The notes beneath the pieces are model-generated. The model made no database searches. It had not been told where the DNA came from and saw only the letters and a list, made by a program, of their open reading frames with translations. A stretch of 64,000 bases of DNA from Octopus bimaculoides (taxonomy: Eukaryota), in contig NC_068984.1 of NCBI RefSeq assembly GCF_001194135.2, positions 114,780,286-114,844,285 on the forward strand. The letters are read 5' to 3'. The position numbers and the translations under genes are program-made. The number at the start of each line of letters is the position of its first letter. Position 1 is the first letter of the stretch. This document shows positions 1 to 15,000 of this stretch, piece by piece.

Positions 1-42
1 CACAAGGCCTGTGCCTATATATATATATATATATATATATAT

Positions 43-597
43 NNNNNNNNNNNNNNNNNNNNNNNNNNNNNNNNNNNNNNNNNNNNNNNNNNNNNNNNNN
101 NNNNNNNNNNNNNNNNNNNNNNNNNNNNNNNNNNNNNNNNNNNNNNNNNNNNNNNNNNNNNNNNNNNNNNNNNNNNNNNNNNNNNNNNNNNNNNNNNNNN
201 NNNNNNNNNNNNNNNNNNNNNNNNNNNNNNNNNNNNNNNNNNNNNNNNNNNNNNNNNNNNNNNNNNNNNNNNNNNNNNNNNNNNNNNNNNNNNNNNNNNN
301 NNNNNNNNNNNNNNNNNNNNNNNNNNNNNNNNNNNNNNNNNNNNNNNNNNNNNNNNNNNNNNNNNNNNNNNNNNNNNNNNNNNNNNNNNNNNNNNNNNNN
401 NNNNNNNNNNNNNNNNNNNNNNNNNNNNNNNNNNNNNNNNNNNNNNNNNNNNNNNNNNNNNNNNNNNNNNNNNNNNNNNNNNNNNNNNNNNNNNNNNNNN
501 NNNNNNNNNNNNNNNNNNNNNNNNNNNNNNNNNNNNNNNNNNNNNNNNNNNNNNNNNNNNNNNNNNNNNNNNNNNNNNNNNNNNNNNNNNNNNNNNN
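43..597. other. Assembly gap (others at 1139-1148, 18256-18548, 20804-21093, 31737-32341, 45415-45424)
   Basis: N runs, several bordered by (TA)n or A-runs, as typical of short-read scaffolds. Confidence 0.99.
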
Positions 598-1070
598 AAA
601 AAAAAAAAAAAAAAAACATTGAATTTAACAGATATTCTTTGAAAATGATAACTTGTAAAATTAACAAGCTGTACAAAAATCTGTAGAGTGAAAATGTTTT
701 TGTAGAAATTCAAAACTTTAATAACACTTCAGATAATCATATATTTTGGATATTGAACAGAAATCATGGACTTGTGGATTCCCTTGCTGTAGATGACAGA
801 TGAAGCTTCAGCAATTTCTTGCTGAACAACTTGCACAGATTTGATTACTGTGGTCAAATGTCTCTGCTGTACATTAGCTCGTAAAATCAACATTGCCTGT
901 ACAGGTGCATAGTGTCCCACATGTCTGAACAGAAATAAATTCATAAAAATCTCCCCTGCTTAAAGCATGCTGTATAATATATATCTCACAGGAAACTGAT
1001 ATAATAGAAGCATTTTGAGTCTAGGTAATGCTGAGTCTTACAACCAAATGTCATTATATGCTATATATAT

Positions 1071-1105
1071 ATTGGATTGGTGCATAATTATTGTGGCTTT
1101 TTTTC
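1071..1105 (+). mobile_element. Mariner (Hsmar1/MADE-like) terminal inverted repeat remnant
   Basis: TA-preceded TTGGATTGGTGCATAATTATTGTGGCTTTT resembles TTAGGTTGGTGCAAAAGTAATTGCGGTTTT; the rest is cut by a gap. Confidence 0.45.
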
Positions 1106-1736
1106 AACAAATTTTATTCAACAAAAACATCTTTAAATNNNNNNNNNNATAAGTATATTTCTGTTGAACTACACTTTGCTTGTTTCAATTTACTTTTAAA
1201 AGGAAGTTAACAAAATAACTTTAATTTTTATCAAGCTAGTGTTTCGAATAAACACTTTAAAAATAGTAGGCTTGTATCATAGAACAAGGAACAATCTCAG
1301 ACAGGTCATTATCAAAAGGGTTAAGCATGGGCTACACTGGGTAATTGACACTCTCACCCCGTGCTAATGTATGATGTTAAAAGGGCCCTGAATGAGATAT
1401 TGAATTTGCAGCTTGAGTTCAGATCAAGCTTCACACATTTCACGATATCTGAAAGCAAGAGCCTCTGTTTTACATTCTTCTATTGAATGTTATCTGCATC
1501 AACTAGCATTCAAGATATTTGCCTCCACCTAAAAAGCACAAGAATTAATCCTTGACTAAATAACCCTAAAGGTCTGTGAAAAGAGATGAACTTAAAAAAC
1601 ATCCTATGATGTCCTTAAGTTCAACTGATACCCCATTGGTGATAAATGTTGTAATGCATAGCAATAGACACAGGGAAATCTTAACAGCAGGGGCAGGTTG
1701 GTTCCTGTTAATTTAGATGATGACTTACAGCCTTAC

Positions 1737-3448
1737 CCCATGATGGTGTACTTCGTGCTTTTGCAAGAAGATACTTCTGACGACGCCTGTTCAGTTTCCT
1801 TTGAAATCTAGCCTGAAAAATAAGTTTAAGCACATATATATATATATATATAAGTATACACATACACACACACACACATCAAACAAAGAAGAGAGTAATC
1901 ACTACTAAAGTTGTAGTAAATATTTATGTCATATATACAGCTGGCCAGCCGTAGAAACTCTGCCAGATCAGATTGGAGCCTGGTGCAGCCTTCTGGCTTG
2001 CCAGTCCTCAGTCAAATCGTCCAACCCATGCTAGCATGGAAAATGGACGTTAAACGATGATGATGATGATGACACATGTCCTTGGTAGAAGCAGTCATAT
2101 TATGTGCAGAAGCTAATGTACGAAAAAGTAGAATAACATCTTATTATCATTATTTATGTCTAGCAGAACTGTTTAGTGCCTCAGACTAAATATTTTGTAG
2201 CATTTCCTCTGCATCTTTACATTCTGGGTTCGAATCCATGCTGAGGTCAGCTTTACTTTTCCTCTTTTCAGAGTTGATAAAATAAAGCATCAGTCGAGTA
2301 CCAGGATCAATGTAATCAACAACTTCATCCTTCTAAAACTATTGGCCCTGTGTTATAATTAGAAAAAATTATATCAGTCTACTTTCTAGGTTTTTACATT
2401 TTTAATATAATTATTCCAATATTAAAGAGCCAGTTTGCAAAATGTCTACAGCCTTCTATCCACCACCATCCCAGCTTAATAGCCAGTAGTCCCAACAAAT
2501 AAGCATAGAGATAACCTTAGCTACCATAGACTACAGCAGTAAAATCTCTTTTACTGCCACAATATGAGCTCAACTGACATTATGGACAGATTTACCTCCC
2601 CTGTAGTATTGAGCCTTATGAAATGTCTCTTAACCTGGTAACACATCTCAAAGACAACTTCAGCTGTCTTAAGATTTGTACACTAAATTTCTCCTGCTCT
2701 CATAAAGCCATGGTGAACACCTGTAGCATTATTATGGTCAGATAAGGTTTTTTCTGCCATAGTGACCCCTCTAGTATAAATAACTTGATAGTTAATTTTC
2801 CCATCATCCTACCAAAACAATCAAGATTTGGAAGGTTTTCCCAAACTGATAGTCCTTTTTCTATCAATCAAACCTATAAATGTTTAATGAAGGGAATTAG
2901 AGAGGAGCTAAGTATTTTCATAATGATATGGGTGTAGCAATTTTAGTTATCTAACTTTTATAGCTTGTATTAGTTACAAATAGGTAAATACACACAAATT
3001 TTTTTTTCTTAAAATGTGCCTACTTTTTCTTTTTCATCTTCTATCTCTTTTTCTGAATGCATTTTCACATGTGACTGAATGGCCAGCCAATTGCGTCTCT
3101 TTGCTCGAGCTGTTGTTTTGTCAGCATGCATTTTGCAGTATGCAAAAAATGGATCAGCAATATCCTGAAATTACAAAATAATCAAAAATTGAAGAATTTT
3201 TTTCCCCACTGTATCATCACACACAAGACTGATAATTGAATCATTGATAATTGACATATTGATTACTTTAATACATGAGCTGGCATGCTGCTGATGAAGC
3301 TAACAAGCAGAAATATAGTTTTTAAGATATTCTCTCAAAACAAATACTACAGTTTAAAAGGCTTTCAACATATACACATTTTAAGTATGTATACAGATGG
3401 TTAACTTTGAACACTGCTTCCATTGTCAATAATGAAAATATACATATT

Positions 3449-3491
<43 letters not shown>

Positions 3492-3956
3492 GGGTGCAAT
3501 GTGTATATATACACACATACATACACACACACATTAATATTGAACAATGGGAATGAGTGCTCAACACCACATTGATGGATAAAGATTCTTTATTTATAGG
3601 TTAAGGTTACCATTAGTTTCATGTAAAAAGAGAAATCTCTTAACAATTACCAAACCTGCCACATGGAGGACTGGAGTTTGTCTACACACACACACACACA
3701 TATTATATTATATATGGTGGGCTTCTTTCAGTTTCCATCACTTACAAGGCTTTGGTTGGCTTGGGGCTATAGTATAACACATTTACCCAAGGTGCCATGC
3801 AGTGGGATTGAACCCATAACCATGTGGTTGGGAAGTAAACTTCTTAACCACACAGCCACACCTGAGCCTACCTTCATTTTTAGAGTACAACAGGGATTAT
3901 TGAAAAAATGCGATTTAGAATTTTTCATGAAGAAATCAGATCATCATTAATAGTAG

Positions 3957-3994
<38 letters not shown>

Positions 3995-5967
3995 CATACC
4001 ATTACTTCTTCAGGAGGAGCTTCAGCTAATAAACCTTCTCGTTGAGCACTGCATTAGAAATTAACAAAAATATTTTCAGATGGAAGAAAATCAAAGGGTA
4101 TTGCAAAGACTTCTGAGAAATTATTTATGACTTCTTAAAAGAAAACTAAAGATTTATAGTATAATTAATGAAGCTGAAAATATGATAATTTGAGAAATTA
4201 TTTTATTGTAGCATGTTTTCACTATGATGTGAAAGGTTTAAAAAATAGTAATTAAAAAGAATCATTTCAGATGTTAAAACCATTTATCACAAGATTTTAT
4301 TAAAAGACTGCATTACAATTAATCATGGATGTACACATGGCTGTATTAATAAGTTTGCTTTGCATCTACATTTTATTGAGCTGGAATGCACTGCACAGCA
4401 CCTTAAATATCTTTTACCATCGCCATCTGTGTATCATACACACATAAACCATTCACAGGCATGATGCTGTGGTTTTATTCCAAGAGAAAATGTCTTCATA
4501 TACATATTGTGTTGACAACAAAATACATTGGAGTGAGACAAACATCCCAGCAGTGACTCTATGCCTAAAAACAATTCCTCCCTACCCAATATATAGGAAA
4601 CTGTGATTAATACATTCACTGATGTTACAGAAAGCTTGTTGGGCTGTAATAAACTTAGTGTATGCAACTGAAGCAGAATTATATGGAAATCACCATACTT
4701 AATGTGTTGTTGTTGTTGGCACTCTGTCGCTTACGGCGTCGAGGGTTGCAGTTGATTCGATCAACGGAACAGCCTGCTCGTGAAATTAACGTGCAAGTGG
4801 CTGAGCACTCCACAGACACGTGTACCCTTAACGTAGTTCTCGGGGATATTCAGCGTGACAGTGTGACAAGGCTGACCCTTTGAATTACAGGCACAACAGA
4901 AACAGGAAGTAAGAGTAAGAGAAAGTTGTGGTGAAAGAATACAGCAGGGTTCGCCACCATCCCCTGCCGGAGCCTCGTGGAGCTTTAGGTGTTTTCACTC
5001 AATAAACACTTACAACGTCCGTTCTGGGAATCGAAACCGCGATCCTATGACCGCGAGTCCGCTGCCTTAACCACTGGGCCACTGCGCCTCCACTACTTAA
5101 TGTGTACATACATCTGAAAGGCATTATACCATAGTTTTTGTCCGAGAGAAACTGGTTTCATCGACATGTATCAAAAACAATAAGTGCTACACGTCCTACT
5201 CTGCTCAGACAATTAAAGAAAGAGAACTCTGAAGATATTGAACAATGATACAAAATTGTTATTTAAGAGTACACAGCAGGTTGAATTTAATAATAGAGCA
5301 ACTGGGGAAGGTTGAAATGTTGTATACATTGATTGACTCTGTATTGCACTTAACTCACAATAACCCTGACCAGCTAGTGTTAAATAAGTTTACAGTTCAC
5401 TACTTTAGGGAACAGGAGCATCGTATAATCAACAAATGTTTTATAAGCTTCCACAAAGCTGGAAACTGGAGATGGCATTGGGAAGTTATATTATTGTATA
5501 TTTCCCTGAACTGCACCAATAGGATAAAGATTATGGTGATGCATCAATAAATCCAATGGATTACAGAACATTATTATTTTCCTTTTGAAGGAAACATTAG
5601 GAAAGAACATAAACATTTTTAAAAATGTGTTAAAAAAAAATAACAGTAAAACCATAGAATAATGATAAGAATCTTACCAAGTAACATGAAAGTAAGCCCG
5701 GCACATTCCTGCATCACAGCTAATACACACTCCAGTTCGACTAAAGCGGTTATCTTCACATAATGAACAGTCCTAATAAAGAAATAACAAAAGTATTGCA
5801 GTATTTCAGTTGAAAAAAGAATTTTACATCAACACAGCAATTAACAGATAAACCATCCAATCATAAACATGCTGCAAAACTGAAAAGTAAGCTTTTATAG
5901 TTTTAGAAGGGCAACAAGCCTGACATTTGAAGGGACTCTGTGAATGTTGATATGTATACATACATAT

Positions 5968-6032
<65 letters not shown>

Positions 6033-6219
6033 TTTACAGAAGAACAAAAAACGAAGACAGATGCATAAACAACAAACAGGTGTATTAGTTTGACGCTCGG
6101 GAAGGTGAGAAAATCTTAGAAAGGAACATGAGGAAATAAACAGAGAGAGAATACAAAAAGCTTTTGGAGCTAGTGAATGATACATAAATACACACACACA
6201 TATATATGCATATACATAC

Positions 6220-6264
<45 letters not shown>

Positions 6265-9200
6265 TACATGCATATATGGGTATAGGACGTCACAAACAGT
6301 GAACAACATGACATACGAAAACAAATAAGTTGAATACATAAACGAGAGAAACAAATGGAAAACAAGACAAGTAACATAAAGAACGACCCTTCATCAGTTG
6401 TCAGCTGCCTATCTACTCATTTCAAGCATTGAACGACAATATGAGTTTTCAAAGGCAGTTGCTCCACAAAAGCCAAAATAAAATTTGGAATTTTATGGAG
6501 GGTCAAAATAGATAGATGGATGGATAGATAGATAGATAGAGAGTCTAAAAGAAACATTGTAGCAATTGATAAAAAAATTAATTACTTTGGCTCCCCATCT
6601 TGCATATGGCATTTCAAATAATGTGACAGCACTCAGTCGGTCAACATCTCCAAATGCTACACCTGGGGTATATAATGCACACACCAAATGAACCCATCTG
6701 AAGAAAAACAAAAAGATTAAAATCACCAATGAACTAATGATTATTAGTCACATTAATTTTATCAATAAACACCTTTTTACCATTATACTGATGTCTTACA
6801 TAAGCAGAAGGCTCTCATGATTTACATGGGAAAGGGAATACATTTCTCAATAATAGGTGAAACGACTACATCATTTAATTTGGAGGAGAATGTAAGCATT
6901 GAGAAGAAAACTGTAAAAAAAAAAAAAGACTGGGAATTAAGTCCCTTCCTAGACCTGTTTTGCACTAAGTTAATGGTAAAGAATCATGTCACTTTTGCTG
7001 TTCAAAAATCCAATGAACCTGTGATATTACTCCAAGTTATTTAGAATGGTGCTCTAACGTTCTCAAATATTCGTCAGCTCTTTCTTTCAACTATATAGAA
7101 AATTGATTCCCAGGAGAAATAGTCAAAATGACTTGAATCTACTCCGGTATCATCTTAATAGGGCTTTTCATCTATCATTAGGGGAATGGAAAAATAAAAT
7201 CAACACTGTGGTATTTGAAATAAGTTTAATCTGGAAATAAATAAAATAAAACAATCAGATATTTTTTAGAGCACACTAAAAAGAAAAAAAGGATATTTTT
7301 ATAGTATATAGACTAGAAAGTTCACTTGCTATACTGCAATAGGAAAACGTTTATAGAATTGATATGCTTCTGGCTGATTAGAAAACGGCAAAAAGTGAGA
7401 GACACAGAAGAATTTGCATGAGGTTTGTTAAATGTGACTCTCAGAGTAAGTAGATTAACATCTCAGTGCAACAGTATGTATTGGATAGTTACTATTTATC
7501 AGTGGTTCTTGACCACTTTTTTTGTGGCATCCCTTTTTAAGTAGTAGTTATGCCTAAATGGCAAGTGAGGTATCACTACTAAACTAACTTAACATAGAGG
7601 ATAATTTATAAATTCTACTCAAAAAACGGATTGTATAGGCTTTTAATAGTGAAATGATAAAAAATGAAGGAAGACAGAAGTTGTAAATTTACTTTATACA
7701 TTGCAAGTTAATGACTTCCTGTGTCTAGAGAGACCTGGCTAAATTTTCTAAATCAGGCTGAGCAACTGTTTAGATTCTACACAGTTATTCAACCTGCTAC
7801 AAATAGCAGCATACTACTCATCCCTCATTTTATTTTAATAACCATTACTAGTTTTAACATGTATATGGCTTTCGTGCGGGTGACACGTAAAAGCACCCAC
7901 TACACTCTCTGAGTGGTTGGCGTTAGGAAGGGCATCCAGCTGTAGAAACTCTGCCAAATCAGATTGGAGCCTGGTGTAGCCATCTGGTTTCACCAGTCCT
8001 CAGTCAAATCGTCCAACCCATGGAAAGCGGACGTTAAACGACGATGATGATGATGATGAATGCAATTACAACAATAGGTAAAATTTAGTATGCTAATTAT
8101 GTTACCTCACTTGCCCCCTCACTGATCCCTTTGGGGCAGTATTGCCTACATTGAGAAATCCTGCTGTATATCATAAATTTGAAACAATCCAATGTATAGA
8201 AATGATGGATGATGTGATAGAAGTAATGTAACCAAGAATGGATAATTTAAGGAATAATACATTATATATTTACTTAATCACTTGTGCAGACAGGCACAGT
8301 GCAAGTATGCTGGGCTCATAACCCAGAGTTCTGTAGACTGGAACTAACTCTGAAGAAATGCAGAATATTTTTTGATACTTAGACATTGCAATTGAATCAT
8401 CTACAAATATCCCAATTATATACATGTACATATGCCTACAGGGATACATACAAATTATATTATGCAACAGAAATATATACGAGGTCAAGGGAGTCACCAA
8501 GAGACTAGGGTACAATAAAACTCAAGTTGCATAGTGGACATAAATAACAACAACAGGACTTGTAGCAGTGGTTCTCAACCTGGGTCTATATGAGATTTTG
8601 TTGTTAAAATTTATCTGCAATAAATTGGTTATACTTCAAAAATACACAATATATTTTAACAACAGTTATTAATAATATTTAAGCATAAAAATATAAGATT
8701 TTTTAAGCATTTTAAACATTGAGGATCTAGTACAGTAAAATAGGAATTAAAGGGGTCTATAGGCCAAAAATAGTTGAGAACCACTGGTTCATAGGATATA
8801 CAGCATATATATCCAGTCAAGATATTCTGTTTTATGTTCAAACTGGCCAGATTTAGCCCCTCACACCAACCTTACAGTGTCATTCTAAAACTAAACAATC
8901 ACACCACTGAAATCTCAAAGCTATGAAATAATGCATGATTCATACAAAACAATGTGAATAAATAAGCATCACATTTGACAGAGTAATCTGGATGCTAAAG
9001 GGTTAGTTTGTTTTATCGATAAAGAAAATAAAATGAAGAAAATCTAGAAGTGAGATTAAGAATAGCAGAAATTATATTTTGGTTATACTTACTTGCCTGC
9101 ATCTGTTTCTTTAAAAATTCCACCATAGTTTGGACATAATTCACAACTCTATCAGGCAGGGAAAGATTAAAGAAACAAAAATAATAACAAATAAAAAAGG

Positions 9201-11967
9201 GTTAATTTCTTTCCATCTTGCAAATCTTTTATCTTAGAAAAAGATTTATGGGTTAAAACAAAAATATATTTTATGGATATTGGAAGGAGAAAGGTAAAGT
9301 TGACATAGGCAAGATATGAACTCAGAATATAATAAGACTTAAATACCACTAGGTGCTCAACTGATTCTGTAAATCTACTGTCCCATTACTTATGGTCATT
9401 GATAAAACAATTATTCTCATCAGCACTAATTGCCCCAATTTATGGTTAAATGCTATTTAATATGATATGATGTATTAAGGCAGCATGCTGGCAGAATTGT
9501 TAGCATGCTGGGCAAAATGCTTAGCAGCATTTCATCCGACTTTGTTCCGAGTTCAAATTCTGCGAAAGTCTACTTTGCCTTTCATCCTTTTAGGGCTGAT
9601 AAAATAAGTACCAGTTGAGCACTGGGGTCAATGTAATTGACTAGCCCTGTCCCCCAAACCTGCTGGCCTTGTGCCAAATTTGTAACCAATATGATATGAT
9701 GTATTTGTGAGCCTTACTGGCGTTCCCACTAATAAGACTCATAACTACAGCACACCAGACTCAGGTATGATAAACATTAGGCTGTTTATCATACCTGAAC
9801 AAAACGTCCTGATGTTGCCCAAAATGGCCATCGAAATCCCAGCTGTGATGACAAAGTTGCTGTCACCTGTTATTAAAATAATTTGCAAAATGAGCTCACA
9901 GAATACATCTCTCTGCATGCACTTCTCAGAGATTCCTCCTCATTGTTTTAACATCCACTTTATCATGCACACAATATGTGTGTGCGTGTGTGTGTGTGTG
10001 TGTGTTTGTGTCCGCCTGTCTGCATATGCATGCATGCATACATTCACATAGGCATGGTTATGCGGTTAAGAAGCTTGTGTCCCAACTATGTGGTTTCAGG
10101 TTCAATTCCATTGCATGCCAACTTGTGCAAATGCATTCTATTATATCCTTGGGCTGATCAAAGCTTTCTAAGTAAATTTGCTAGGCAGGTGTATGTGTGT
10201 GTTTGTGTGTGTGTGTCCCCTTGTCTTGATATTGTATGACGGTTGCAAATGAGTGTCATTCCTTTCTATTCCTCTGCAAAAGAACATTTCTGATCATGGA
10301 GAAATTTTAATTTTGCAGTGAAACAGACAGGGGTTAGTGACAGGAAACGAATCAAGTTGTAGAAAATCTACTTCAATGAATTCCTTCTGACCCATATAAG
10401 CACAGAAATGTGGACATTAAAATGATATACATACATCCACACACACACAAGTATGCCTTTGTTTGATGCTAAAGCTTTGCTTTTTCCCTGCTCCAATGTC
10501 CACACCTGACATCTGACAGGAAACTCAGAGTAGCCCCAGAATGAATGTTTAACCATTAAAAATGAATGAATTTTACGATATTTATAAACATTAAGTATTT
10601 GGGCTTACAAGCATCAAGCATATTTATTTTTTCTTTTGTTTGTATACCAACACATATATAAAAGACAAAACCCAAAACGTAAGTATCATGACTACTTACA
10701 GGTTTAACACCAGCTTTACAAGCATCACAAAACCAAGGTTCTGTACTTGCAGATGATTCTGTGCTTGCAGCAGACTGGTTATCACTAATTCCATAACAAC
10801 CTGCAGTGAACAAATTTTTGTTGATATAATCAATACAGAAAGTTTAAGTCATAAAATTCCTTTGTAAATATCAGATCATTCATAATAAAACAAAGCTACG
10901 ACAACAATTACATTATAATAATAACAAGAGCACTCAGAGAGCGCAAACCTCTGCCATGGCAATACCAATGTCCTCTCAACGATTAGCCGGAGATGATTTT
11001 TAAAATGAGAATATCTGAAATAAACTCGACTACTCTCACAAACATGAAATTCTAAAAATGAACCCGACCACTCTCAAAAATTAAGTAAAAAAAAACCAGA
11101 AAAATAATCCAGAATCCTTGTCTGGTACCTGACTGATCCCAATGGTAGTCATGGAATGTGAAGGTAGGTGTGCGGGCTGTGTTTGTAATGTAATGTGTGT
11201 CGTCTATGGTGGGAACAGGGACAGTTTTCTCTATGAAAGCCTTTTTAAGTCTATCCACTAAGATAAGTGTTTTTACGACCATTAAAGTCTATAGTGAAAC
11301 AGTTATCCGTATGTGAAAGAAAACAGAAAGGACCTGCATACGGTGCTACTAACAGAGTTTTAACAACATTGTTGCGCACAAAAACATGAGTCCAAGAAGT
11401 AAAACTTCCTTCAAGGTAGAACTAGAAATGCAACTGTCAAGTAGCTAAGAAGTTTTAAACAGGAGCGATATATTCAAAATTGGTAAAACTAAAAATTGTC
11501 GAGGATAAATGAAATTTATTACTGTTACTGAATATGTTAGTGTTATTTAATTTCTGAATGGTTTTGCTCCCGTTTGTATAAGTAGTTTGATTTCTTTATC
11601 CATCAGTTTCTACTAAGATAGAAATGTGAGTAATATGAATAATAGAGAAACGAAAATAAAACTTTGGAAACAGCAACACCACCATAATTTGTGTGGAAAC
11701 CATGAGTGAGCTTTCAAGGGAGATAATTAGAGAAAGACTTGAAAGTCAATGTAAGATCGTAATACTACATGTAAAGTAAATATAGCAAATAATCCGGAAT
11801 CCTTGTCCGGTACTGGATTGATCCCAAAATCTAATCAGTTCATGCTAGTGACAAGGTCAAACATCCCTGAAAGTTTCATCCAAATCCATCGAGCAGTTCT
11901 GGAGATATCTTGTCTACAGACAAACAAACACAACTGAAAACAATACCTCTGCCTTCGCTAAGGCAGA

Positions 11968-12010
<43 letters not shown>

Positions 12011-15000
12011 GATGGAATACTAGGCAGTGGCTCTCATGGTTTCTGATCTTAACTAATTGGAACTGTTATCATGTACATGTTTTGCCTTGGTGTAAAAGGT
12101 GGTTTACAGCAAATATTTCCCTCAATACTACATATTTGCTTGACCATAACCAGTTAAGCATGTCCCTTAGTGGTTGACGATATGTGCATCTCTGATCATG
12201 AGCAGAAGTAGTGGAGGAGCATCATAGCCATGTGTTGAGAGGAATTCTTTGGAGTTTGAATAATTCAGCTCTGGAAACATGAGCATTTCATTCTTCATCC
12301 TTTAACAACATTTTTCAAGGACTTTTTGAGCAGAATGGGCTGCTAGACCTGAAGAAAATTCTAACTGGGCTCCAGCTGCAAGGCTATGCGCTGTTTATCT
12401 TGATATGAGATCACCATGTCATGCACATGCTTGTGATGCATGTGCCTGGTGTACCCTTATCAGATGAGTGATCATGATGGGTATATTGGGCTTTGTATAT
12501 TTTTACTCATGTCATTTTGATGGCATGTGCTGCTCTCTCACTCAATAATAATAATAATAAGCCTACAACTTGTCAGGAAAGAATAAAAGAGGTGACAGAA
12601 AGTAGCAATGAGACAAGTAAAGACAGACAGTAATGGAAGCCAAAAGTGCATGCATAGTATTCAGGATATCATAAAAAGACAGAAAAGTGAACAATAAAAG
12701 AGCCATAAAGTGAGGAAATGGTGCAGAGGTATATGCCAAGAGCATTGAATTTTGGAAAGCATGGAATTTTTGAAGGATGCAGTATTCTGACAGCTATTAA
12801 CTGATGCTGGTGGTATATTCCATACTCCAACAAATCTGATTGTGAAAAAGTGTTTCTGAAAGTCATGGTGCTGTGTTGTCTCTTGATTTCATAAGTATGC
12901 CCATGAATGGTTGAGATACTGAATTCAAATAACATGGCCTATGTTGTTGTTGGAAAGACGGTGAATAAACTTATGGGCTTCTAAGTCAGCTGCAAGACAT
13001 CAAAATTTTATTCATTTGCTTGAAGCTAAAGCTTCACTCTGCTGTTGTTTCAAGGTCCACTTATTTATCTTCAGATTATTTTAATATGAAATCAATTTAA
13101 ACTACAGAAGAGCCAGTGAATTAAGATAAAGCTTATAGTTTAGTTATTCATTAAAATATTGCTAGAAAATGAAAATACACTTGAAAAATTTTGTGAGAGG
13201 AAGTACTCATCTTTAATAGTCAAGACAAATATATGCTTTCTCCCTTTGAGAGACATTCTACAAGGTAGAACAAAAATGGCTTCCAGTTTCCCATTTTTTT
13301 AAAGAAGCCTAGATAAGCCCCTATCTGGCTCTATAATCTTCAGACAGATTTACTGGTAGATACATTAAAATATACATTTAAAAAATATAGCCCTTACCTT
13401 CATGAACAGATACACCACAATTATCACATTCAACAATTTCATCATCTTCTTCACTATAAATGAAAAAAAAATAAGACTTAAATAAAAATTATAAACAATA
13501 AACGAAACATAACATTAATCCTTTTGATACCAACCTGGCTGAAATCACTTCTGGCTCTGTAGTACAAATGCCTTGTTTTTAAAAGTTCTCAATTAAAATC
13601 TTCCACCAAACCTTAGTCACTATCTATGTTCCTAACACTAGCTTAATGATAACTACGTTATTTTACTAAATTCTTTGTTATATTTAAGATTATTTGGAAG
13701 AAACACAGAGCACTTCAACAGAAATATGGTAACAAATGGGTTAATAAAAAGAAAACAATTTCATGTCTTATAATGGCTTATGAAGTGTAAATGATAGAAT
13801 TTTGAGATGTTCTTTTATTCTTTTACTTGATTCAGTCATATGACTACAGCCATGATGGAGTACCACCTTAAAGGATTTTAGTTGAAGAAATCGACTGCAG
13901 GACTTATTCTTTGCAAGCTTAGTACTTATTCTACCAGTCTCTTTTGCTGAACCGCTAGCTTATGGAGACATAAACACACTAGCATCGGTTGCCAAGTGAT
14001 GGCAGGAGGACAAACACAGATACACACATGTACATAAACATGTACATATATATATATATATATATATGCAGGTGCATCCAGTCCACACTGTAAAGTGGTT
14101 GGCATTTGGAAGGGCATCCAGCTGTAAAAACCTTGCCAAAACTGACCTCGCCTATGCTTGTACCACGTAAAAAACACTAAGTCGACTCTGCTGGGTGGTG
14201 GGTGTTAGGAAGGGCATCTTGCTGTAAAATCCTGTCAAGACAGTGACAGAAGTTTACCGCAGGCTTCTGCCTTGCCAGCTCTAGCCAAACCGTCCCACCA
14301 ATGCCAGCATGAAAGACAGACGTTAAATGATGATGATGATGATATACAGGGTGTGATGGGTAAATTGTCACCATTTTATATTTTTTAATTACACACATGC
14401 GCATTGTTTGTTTTTGATTTTGTCAACTACACAGCATAGTAGGGTCAGTTGGGCACTGTCTGTGAGAAAAACAGCACCATGATGTAATTCACTCTGCTAG
14501 AAATTTGGAAATGACATACTGTACTGCTTGGCATTCAGGCCAGAAATTCCAATACTAACATTTCAGAGTGTTTGGGTGTCAATCTGAGGACATGTACCGA
14601 GAGTGATAAAAATCAAACATCCAGTCAACACCATGGTGTTTAGAGTGATCACTAGTGATGGCGACGTTATGCCTCCATTCATCTCCCCACACGGCCTCAG
14701 ACTCAATGTGGAGGCCTACATCAAGTGCCTGGAGGAGGTAGTGCTGCCCTGGGTCAAAAGGGTGGCTGCTGGAAGACCCTATGTCTGGCAACAGGACTCT
14801 GCACCATGCCACACAAGCAGAAGAACTCAGTCATGGCTGCCAGATAATTTCTGCGTCCACATCATCCGTAACATCTGGCCATCTAACTCCCCAGACTGCA
14901 ACCCGCTTGATTATTATGTGTGAGACGCAGTTGAGTGAGAGACCAATAAAACTCCTTGTGACACCAAGGATGAAGTGAAAGCAAGGATTATGGCAGCATA

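Noticed and set aside
11-713. Long ORFs spanning N runs (also 18148-18628, 20746-21123, 31658-32455)
   Set aside because: Open only because N codons are not stops; the flanks are microsatellite translations.
729-944. Minus-strand ORF with a plausible acceptor as the next PHF14 exon
   Set aside because: No frame resembles the expected PHF14 continuation, and the required phase does not give a matching peptide.
3291-3345. CTGATGA...GAAA hammerhead-like core
   Set aside because: Stem II is closed by an A-A mismatch and no stem I partner exists.
4662-4883. Recurrent peptide LLALCRLRRRG..STEQPAREINVQVAEHSTDTCT in several ORFs (also 30921, 33488, 47546)
   Set aside because: It is the antisense reading of the SINE A tail, not a gene family.
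5245-5550. 101-aa ORF antisense within a PHF14 intron (similarly 52962-53360)
   Set aside because: No recognisable domain; the second is the antisense of the CR1 remnant.
6060-6420. Possible Penelope pseudo-LTR (CTGATGAAGGG on minus)
   Set aside because: Only a short motif resemblance, with no RT or GIY-YIG remnant and no second copy to support it.
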